In this document: positions 56,160 to 64,000 of the stretch, one piece after another
Layout: every line of letters starts with the position of its first letter
Numbering within the stretch: the stretch's first letter is position 1
DNA from: Eledone cirrhosa
Lineage: Eukaryota
Assembly (NCBI GenBank): GCA_964016885.1
Contig: OZ024759.1
Coordinates: 10,168,001 to 10,232,000, forward strand
Length of the DNA stretch: 64,000 bases
Reading direction: 5' to 3'
Translations under genes and position numbers: made by a program
Notes under the pieces: generated by a model
Told to the model about the DNA's origin: nothing
The model's database searches: none
What the model saw: only the letters and a program-made list of their open reading frames with translations

Positions 56160-56259
56160 GTTCAAATCGAAATTCAAACAGCGAGTCTTTGGATAAAAAG
56201 TCGTCTCGAAATCTTGCAAAAAGGGTTTCTAGAGTGCTTGTTGGTGAAAGCAAGTTGAA
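56160..56259 (+). CDS. WDR11: WDR11 exon 7
   Basis: tttcag|...AA|gtaagt; open, phase 1 to 2 fits both neighbours; SNRNSNSESLDKKSSRNLAKRVSRVLVGESKL. Confidence 0.85.
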
Positions 56260-56799
56260 GTAAGTCAAATAACCCTTTTGTGACCATATTTCTAATGAAA
56301 TTCACTTCATCATCATCATCATCACCGTTTTACGTCCGTTCTTCCACGCTAGCATGGGTTAGACGGGTTGTCCTGTTGTGGGCAGTGTCTGGTCGGCTGA
56401 CCATGCCTTGCTTATACAGGAACTGATTTGGCTTGATTTCTACAGCTGGATGCTCTTCCTAACACCAACCTCATTTACAGTGAGTGCTGGGTGCTTTTTC
56501 GTGGCGCCTCCACGTCCACTTTACAGTGTGGGCTGGGTGCTTTTTTGCCGTGGCACCTCCACGACCACCTTGCGGTGGGGGGTGTGGGGGCATATTGTCT
56601 ATATGCTTCAGCTTGTACCCATGGGAAGTCGGGTACTCTGTATTACTGCGTGACGCCAGAAGTCACGGTCGTGTGTCATTGCCTTTGAGAGGTGTAATTG
56701 GGTAAGGTCGGCTTTTATCACCTCATCCCAGGTCATCTTGGGTCTCCCCACTCCGTGGTTTCCATCAACTTCTAGTGCTCTGCACTTTTTTTTTTTTCA

Positions 56800-57227
56800 T
56801 CTATATATTAATACGCTAAAACCTACGTACTGTATGTCCGACCGAGTATGTCACGCTTTCAGTAAAACAATGGAAGGGCGGTAGTAAACAATCTATGACA
56901 ATCTATGAAAGAAAATCAAAGAGCGTTGCAACGTTTGGAAAGGAGAGAGAGAGGGGGTTTATAATATAGAGAAAGGGATGGGTTATTATATATAGAGAGA
57001 GGTGGTTATTATATATATAGAGAGAAGGGGTTATACTATATTTAAAGAGGGGTTTATAATATAGAGAAAGGGATGGGTTATAATATATATAGAGAGAAGG
57101 GGGTTATAATATAGAGAGAGGAATGTTATAATATATAAAGAGGGTGGTTTTAATATATAGAGAAAGGGATGGGTTTATATATAGAGAGAGGGGATTATCC
57201 GTGAATTTTTTTTACGGGCCCAGCTAG
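56800..57227 (+). mobile_element. non-autonomous Helitron
   Basis: A|TCTATATATTAATA...hairpin CCGTGAA..TTTACGG, CTAG|T; internal short tandem repeats. Confidence 0.72.
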
Positions 57228-57294
57228 TTTCAATTAATTAATGAAGAAGTTTGAAGGGTTTTCTTATTAATTACCTCATAAGATTGTAATTTAA

Positions 57295-57578
57295 CCCTTT
57301 AGCATTTAAACTGGCCATATCCGGCCAGAATTCTCTCACCTCTTTCTGTTCAAACCAGCTGTAACTGGCCACTCATACTGATGTTAAGGTATTGTTCACA
57401 AAATAAATAATATCAAAATCTCATAGATTCAATATTATGTGATTCATTATTATGCCTTTACTGTGAAAATACAATAGTATATATAGAGTAATGCAAATGT
57501 TATGTGAGATAATTATGCAAGGTAAAGCCTTTACTGTGAACATATAATAGTATATAGAGTTGTGTAAATGTTAAAGGG
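57295..57578. mobile_element. piggyBac-like MITE
   Basis: TTAA TSD and the same TIRs; about 2 copies of the 72-bp segment. Confidence 0.82.
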
Positions 57579-57699
57579 TTAACATATGGTTTTTGTATAA
57601 AATTATGTTGGAACATTTTTATTTAAATAAGAATTTCAATTATTTAATGAATTTTGAGAGATTTATTAAAATTATTACAGTATTTCCTGGCGTCGATGA

Positions 57700-58173
57700 C
57701 GCCAGTTATATGATGCCTGTGTGAGATGCGCAGTGTTGCATGGTGATGAGACATGGGCAGCAACTGCGGAGGATATGTGACAGCTGGAGAGAAATGAAGC
57801 AAGCTTGCTCAGATGGATGTGCAATGTCAATGTGCATGAACGACCAAGCATAGATGAGTTGAGAGAGAAACTGTGTATAAGAGGGATAAACTGTAGTGTG
57901 CAGGAGAGAAGACTGCGATGGTATGGACATGTGATGTGCATGGAGGATGACCACTGGTTAAAGAAGTGCCAAGAAATGCTTGTAGAAGGAAGACGCAGTA
58001 GAGGTAGACCACAGAAAACATGGGCGGAGGTGGTGAGAGCTGACCACAGATTGCTGAAGCTCACAGAGGAAATGACGAAGGACTGTGACGAATGGAGAGA
58101 TGCTGTGCTGAAAAGGACCCATCCTACCCTTGCAAGCAGGGAAAAGCGGATGTAAAATGATGATGATGATGAT
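57700..58173 (+). mobile_element. RTE LINE 3' fragment with (GAT)n tail
   Basis: Close homologue of 21860-22270. Confidence 0.9.
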
Positions 58174-58394
58174 AGTAAAATAAAAATATATAATATTTAT
58201 TTATGCATAGTATATATTATTAATATATTATTTAATATATATAAATTAACGATATTATTTGTTATATATTATTTATAATTTATATGTATGGAGGTCTCTC
58301 TCTGAAAATAGGGTTGGGGTTGCGCTGAGGGCATTACGTAGCTGTGAGTGGGGCGGTGGCCCAAAAAGTTTGAAAACCTCTGCACAAGATAGAT

Positions 58395-58785
58395 GAAACT
58401 ATAGAGGAATGAAGTTGATGGATCAGGCCATGAAAGTAACAGAAAGAGTTATAGCACAGCTGATTAGGGACCAGGTAAATCTAGATGAGATGCAGTTTGG
58501 ATTTGGACTAGGCAAAAGTACTACAGATGCTCTCTTCCGTGTGAAGCAGCTACAGGAGAAGTACCTAGCTAAAAGTAAGCTGCTCTACCTGGCATTTGTT
58601 GATTTGCAGAAAGCTTTTGACAGGGTCTGCCAGGCCATAATTTGGCGGGCTCTTAGAAAACTAGGAGTAGATGAGTGGCTTGTGAAGGCAGTACAAGCCA
58701 TGTATAGGGGAGCAGTCAGCAAAGTTAGCATTAACGACGACTATAACGAAGAGTTTAGCTTGCAGGCTGGCGTCTACCAGGTGTC
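58395..58785 (+). mobile_element. RTE LINE RT fragment
   Basis: KLMDQAMKV...MQFGF...AFVDLQKAFDRV. Confidence 0.9.
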
Positions 58786-59293
58786 ACAATAGAAAGCACC
58801 CAGTACTCACTGCGAATGTAGTTGGTGTTAGGAAGCGCATCCAGCTGAAGAAACCAAGTAAAAATTAGTTCTGTATAGGTGATTTTTGACATGACGCCTA
58901 CTCGACCACTTTACAGTGTGGACTCGGTTCTTTCTATCGTGGCACCTACTAGACTACTTTACAGTGTGGACCGAGAGTTTTTTGTCATGACATCTGCTCG
59001 ACTACTTTACAGTGTGGACTGGGTGCTTTTTATCATGTTGTTGTTGTGGTTACAGCTCACACCTATGCCGGTTTAGCAGGCCTCCTCCAAGGTATATCTC
59101 ATTGGAGGTGTCTTGGGTGATTTAATGATAGGGACCCCAGTCCTATCATGTCATTTCTACAGCTGAGTAAACTGGAGCAATGAGAAATAAAGTGTCTTGC
59201 TCAAGAAAACAACACATCACCCAGTCCGAGAATTGAACTCACAACCTTTTGATTGCAAGCACAATGCTCTAACCACTAAGCCATGTGCCTCCA

Positions 59294-60272
59294 CTTTTTG
59301 TCATGATACCTACACGACCACTTTACAGTGTGGACTGGGTACTTTTTGCCACGACACCTACTTGACCACTTTACAGTGTGGACTGGGTTCTTTTTGTCAT
59401 GACACCTACACTACCACTTTACAGTGTGGACTGGGTGTTTTTTTGTCATGACACTTACTTGACCACTTTACAGTGTGGACTGGGTGCTTTTTGTCATGAC
59501 ACTTACTTGTCCACTTTACAGTGTGGACTGGGTGCTTTTTGTCATGACACTTACTTGACCACTTTACAGTGTGAACTGGGTGCTTTTTGTCATGACACTT
59601 ACTTGACCACTTTACAGTGTGGACTGGGTGCTTTTTGTCATTACACCTACTTGACCACTTTACAGTGTGGACTGGGTTCTTTTTGTCATGACACCTACAC
59701 TACCACTTTACAGTGTGGACTGGGTGCTTTTTTGTCATGACACTTACTTGACCACTTTACAGTGTGGACTGGGTGCTTTTTGTCATGACACTTACTTGAC
59801 CACTTTACAGTGTGAACTGGGTGCTTTTTGTCATGACACTTACTTGACCACTTTACAGTGTGGACTGGGTGCTTTTTGTCATTACACCTACTTAACCACT
59901 TTACAGTGTGGACTGGGTTCTTTTTGTCATGACACCTATACGACCACTTTACAGTGTGTACTGGGTACTTTTTGTTGTGACACCTACACGACCACTTTAC
60001 AGTGTGTACTGGGTACTTTCTGTTGTGACAGCTAGACGACCACTTTACAGTGTGGACTGGGTGCTTTTTGTCATGGCACCTACTTGACTACTTTACAGTG
60101 TGGACTGGGTACTTTTTGTTGTGACACCTACATGACCACTTTACAGTGTGGACTGGGTACTTTTTGTTGTGACACCTACATGACCACTTTACAGTGTGGG
60201 CCGGGTGCTTTTTGTCATGACACCTACACGACCAATTTACAGTGTGGACTCGGTGCTTTTTATCATGACATC
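59294..60272. repeat. 48-bp minisatellite
   Basis: Unit TTTTTGTCATGACACTTACTTGACCACTTTACAGTGTGGACTGGGTGC; about 20 copies ending ~50 bp before exon 8. Confidence 0.93.
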
Positions 60273-60322
60273 AAAAGAATTAACAAGTACATTGTTGTTT
60301 TTTTCCCTTTCCTAATTTCCAG

Positions 60323-60503
60323 GTCAAACCTAAACGATGAAGAAAGTTTAACTTTAAACGAATGTTTGCAATTAGCTTACCATAGTTGCTGCCGACATCA
60401 CTTGATACTGGTGTATCCTCGGGAAGTACTCATCCTGGACCTCAAGATTAACCAGACTGTTGGTATAATACCCATGGAAAGGACTGGGTCACCATTCATG
60501 CAG
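60323..60503 (+). CDS. WDR11: WDR11 exon 8
   Basis: ttccag|G...CAG|gtatgg; TLNECLQLAY...YPREVLILDLKINQTVGIIPMERTGSPFMQ. Confidence 0.96.
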
Positions 60504-61499
60504 GTATGGACCACTGATTCTTATCCTCCTCCTCTCCCCTCCACGCCCCTTCATCATCATCACCATCACCATAATCATCATCACTATCATCATCACCATC
60601 ATCATCATCATCATCAGCAGCATAATGAAAATTATTGTGTACAGTGCTCAGGTGCACTACCACACATCAAAGGTGCATGTATAGTACATCGAATAATGTA
60701 CAGATGCCATCATCATTCTTTTCCTCAATATTGACATTATTGTCATTGTTATCATTATTCTCATTATTCTCGTCCTCTTCCTCCTCATTATCGTTATCAT
60801 CATCATCATCATCATCATCATCATTTTACGTCCGCTTTTTCCCTGCTTGCAAGGGTGGGACGGGAACTGATTCTGGCTTGATTTCTACAGCTGGATGCCC
60901 TTCCTAACACCAACCTCATTTACAGTGAGTGCTGGGTGCTTTTTTGCCGTGGCACCTGCACGACCACTTTGCAGTGGAATGATAGGGACCCCAGTCCCTA
61001 TCATCTCATTTCTACAGCTGAGTAAACTGGAGCAATCATCATCATCATCTTCATCATCATCATCATCATCATCTTTGTTTAACGTCCATTTTCCACGCTA
61101 GCATGGGTTAGTGAAATAAAGTGTCTTGCTCAAGGAAACAACACATCAAGACACTTTATTACACATTGCTCCAGTTTACTCAGCTGTACAAATGAGATGA
61201 TGGGGACTGGGGTCCCTATCATTCCACTGCAAAGTGGTCGTGGAGGTGCCATGTTATCATAATTATATTCAGCACCACCATCATCATCACCACCACCATC
61301 ATTACCACCACCATCACCACCTCCACCATCATCACCACCTCCATCATCACCACCACCATCATCACCACCACCATTATCACCACCACCATCATCACCACCT
61401 CCGTCATCACCACCTCCATCATCACTACCACCATCATCACCACCACCATCATCACCACCACCATCATCATTATCATCATCATCATCAAGGTCTACACCA

Positions 61500-61530
<31 letters not shown>

Positions 61531-61664
61531 CAGCATTATCGTCTGGAAGAGGGTGTCTGATGTTGGAAGGCCACACCACAGATGATGATGATGATGATGG
61601 AGCCGCTCTCCCCAGAACCTATCCTCCCATCCCCCCCTCCCAGTACATCCAGGATACCCACTAC

Positions 61665-63402
61665 TTTGTATGGAATACTGCGTGAGAAATTACACTTAAG
61701 AGGGATCAGGAGAGGAGATTACAGTGGTATGGACATGTCATGTGTATGAAGGATGACAGCTGTATAACAAGGTGCAGAGCGCTCAAAGTTGATGGAAACC
61801 GTGTGGGGAAGCCTAGGAAGACTTCGGATGAGGTAATAAAAGCTGACCTTGCACAATTACACCTCTCAAAGGCAATGACTCAGGACCGCGACCTCTGGTG
61901 CTGTGAAGTTTTACAGAAGACTCACCCTCTATTGTTCTTGGGATGAGGCTTATACTTAGTAGGCAACACCTTCCTCAACCTGTTATCCCCTCTCATCCAA
62001 CCCCCCTCAGTGGTAACCATACCTCCTCTACTACCCTGTCACATTTTCCCCCAAGCCCCTCCACCCTCCCTAGTCCCAAGACAAAAGTGCCCAGCCCCCA
62101 CTGTGTTGTGTCAGTGACACAACAAAGGTCCCCAGTCCACACTGTAAAGTGAACATGTAAAAGATACGACAGAAAGCACCCAGCACTCACTGTAAATGTG
62201 GTTGGCGTTGGGAAGGCCATCCAGCCGTAGAAAACCACCCCCAAACACCCAGCCCACACTGTAAAGTGAACATGTAAAAGATACGACAGAAAGCACCCAG
62301 CACTCACTGTCAATGTGGTTGGTGTTAGGAAGGCCATCCAACCGTAGAAAACCACCCCCAAACACCCAGCCCACACTGTAAAGTGAACATGTAAAAGATA
62401 CGACAGAAAGCACCCAGCACTCACTGCAAATGTGGTTGGCGTTAGGAAGGCCATCCAACCGTAGAAAACCACCCCCAAACACCCAGCCCACACTGTAAAG
62501 TGAACATGTAAAAGATACGACAGAAAGCACCCAGCACTCACTGCAAATGTGGTTGGCGTTAGGAAGGCCATCCAACCATAGAAAACCACCCCCAAACACC
62601 CAGCCCACACTGTAAAGTGAACATGTAAAAGATACGACAGAAAGCACCCAGCACTCACTGCAAATGTGGTTGGCGTTAGGAAGGCCATCCAACCGTAGAA
62701 AACCACCCCCAAACACCCAGCCCACACTGTAAAGTGAACATGTAAAAGATACGACAGAAAGCACCCAGCACTCACTGCAAATGTGGTTGGCGTTAGGAAG
62801 GCCATCCAACCATAGAAAACCACCCCCAAACACCCAGCCCACACTGTAAAGTGAACATGTAAAAGATACGACAGAAAGCACCCAGCACTCACTGCAAATG
62901 TGGTTGGCGTTAGGAAGGCCATCCAACCATAGAAAACCACCCCCAAACACCCAGCCCACACTGTAAAGTGAACATGTAAAAGATACGACAGAAAGCACCC
63001 AGCACTCACTGTAAATGTGGTTGGCGTTAGGAAGGCCATCCAACCGTAGAAAACCACCCCCAAACACCCAGCCCACACTGTAAAGTGAACATGTAAAAGA
63101 TACGACAGAAAGCACCCAGCACTCACTGTAAATGTGGTTGGCGTTAGGAAGGCCATCCAGCCGTAGAAAACCACCCCCAAACACCCAGTCCACACTGTAA
63201 AGTGAACATGTAAAAGATACGACAGAAAGCACCCAGCACTCACTGTAAATGTGGTTGGCGTTGGGAAGGCCATCCAGCCGTAGAAACCAGCCAGAAACTC
63301 TCCCATATGAGTGAGACATGGTCACCCGACCCAACTTGCCTCTAATTGGGACAAACTCGTCTAACCCATGCTAGCGTGGAAGATGGACGTTAATCGACGA
63401 TG
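61665..63402 (+). mobile_element. RTE LINE 3' fragment with 117-bp tandem expansion (62140-63290)
   Basis: Homologous to 47200-47886, which has a single copy of the unit; about 10 copies here. Confidence 0.88.
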
Positions 63403-63444
63403 AACTACCACATCTTTGATAATTCCTGTCTGTTGCTTCTGCAG

Positions 63445-63568
63445 GTGTTGTCATGTCGACAGAGGGATGTACTGATGTGTCTACATGAGAATGGCAGCAT
63501 CACTGTACGTGTACGACGCAAGACAAACATCATCAGCACTCCAGCATCAGAGGGAACTGGAGCATTTG
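63445..63568 (+). CDS. WDR11: WDR11 exon 9 (gene continues past the window)
   Basis: ctgcag|GTG...TTT G|gtagga; VLSCRQRDVLMCLHENGSITVRVRR. Confidence 0.95.
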
Positions 63569-63618
63569 GTAGGAAACCCTTTTATCTTTCTACTTCTTCA
63601 TTCTTTTTATATTCTTTT

Positions 63619-64000
63619 CTGTGTATATCTGGTTTACAATAGGTACACTGTATCCCTGTGTATATCTGGTTTACAATAGGTACACTGTATCCCTGTGTGT
63701 ATCTGGTTTACAATAGGTACACTGTATCCCTGTGTATATCTGGTTTACAATAGGTACACTGTATCCCTGTGTGTATCTGGTTTACAATAGGTACACTGTA
63801 TCCCTGTGTATATCTGGTTTACAATAGGTACACTGTATCCCTGTGTATATCTGGTTTACAATAGGTACACTGTATCCCTGTGTGTATCTGGTTTACAATA
63901 GGTACACTGTATCCCTGTGTATATCAGGTTTACAATAGGTACACTGTATCCCTGTGTATATCTGGTTTACAATAGGTACACTGTATCCCTGTGTATAGTT
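63619..64000. repeat. 37-bp minisatellite
   Basis: Unit CTGTGTATATCTGGTTTACAATAGGTACACTGTATCC. Confidence 0.95.

Noticed and set aside
60084-60734. 216-aa ORF with a His-rich tail
   Set aside because: Only 60323-60503 is exon; the rest is minisatellite and (CAT)n intron sequence.
61130-61579. His/Gln-rich and Gly/Asp-rich ORFs
   Set aside because: Trinucleotide microsatellites next to a SINE fragment.

Overview
Repeat-rich, AT-rich animal genomic DNA, probably a cephalopod such as Octopus (inferred from the SINE/RTE repertoire and TA microsatellite load). It holds the 5' ends of two divergent spliced genes. On the minus strand is a PLPP4/PLPP5 (PPAPDC1)-like phospholipid phosphatase, with 3 coding exons at 12543-1674 and a probable UTR exon near 16.8 kb. 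On the plus strand is WDR11, with 9 coding exons at 29732-63568; exon 1 carries an apparent 1-nt deletion. The rest is transposons and satellites: a nearly full-length RTE LINE with a PHD-like finger, RTE and CRE fragments, three tRNA-derived SINE families, Helitron, hAT, piggyBac and Tc1/pogo-type non-autonomous elements, and many minisatellites, several visibly amplified from pieces of those transposons. The most unusual signal is about 19 type-I hammerhead-ribozyme motifs (14-35 kb) in several divergent sequence families. They sit in short non-coding elements flanked by (TA)n and often form near-perfect fold-back palindromes, resembling non-autonomous Penelope-like/retrozyme elements. Almost all long ORFs in the supplied track are repeat artefacts. 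Family names and human comparisons come from recall, not from searches.
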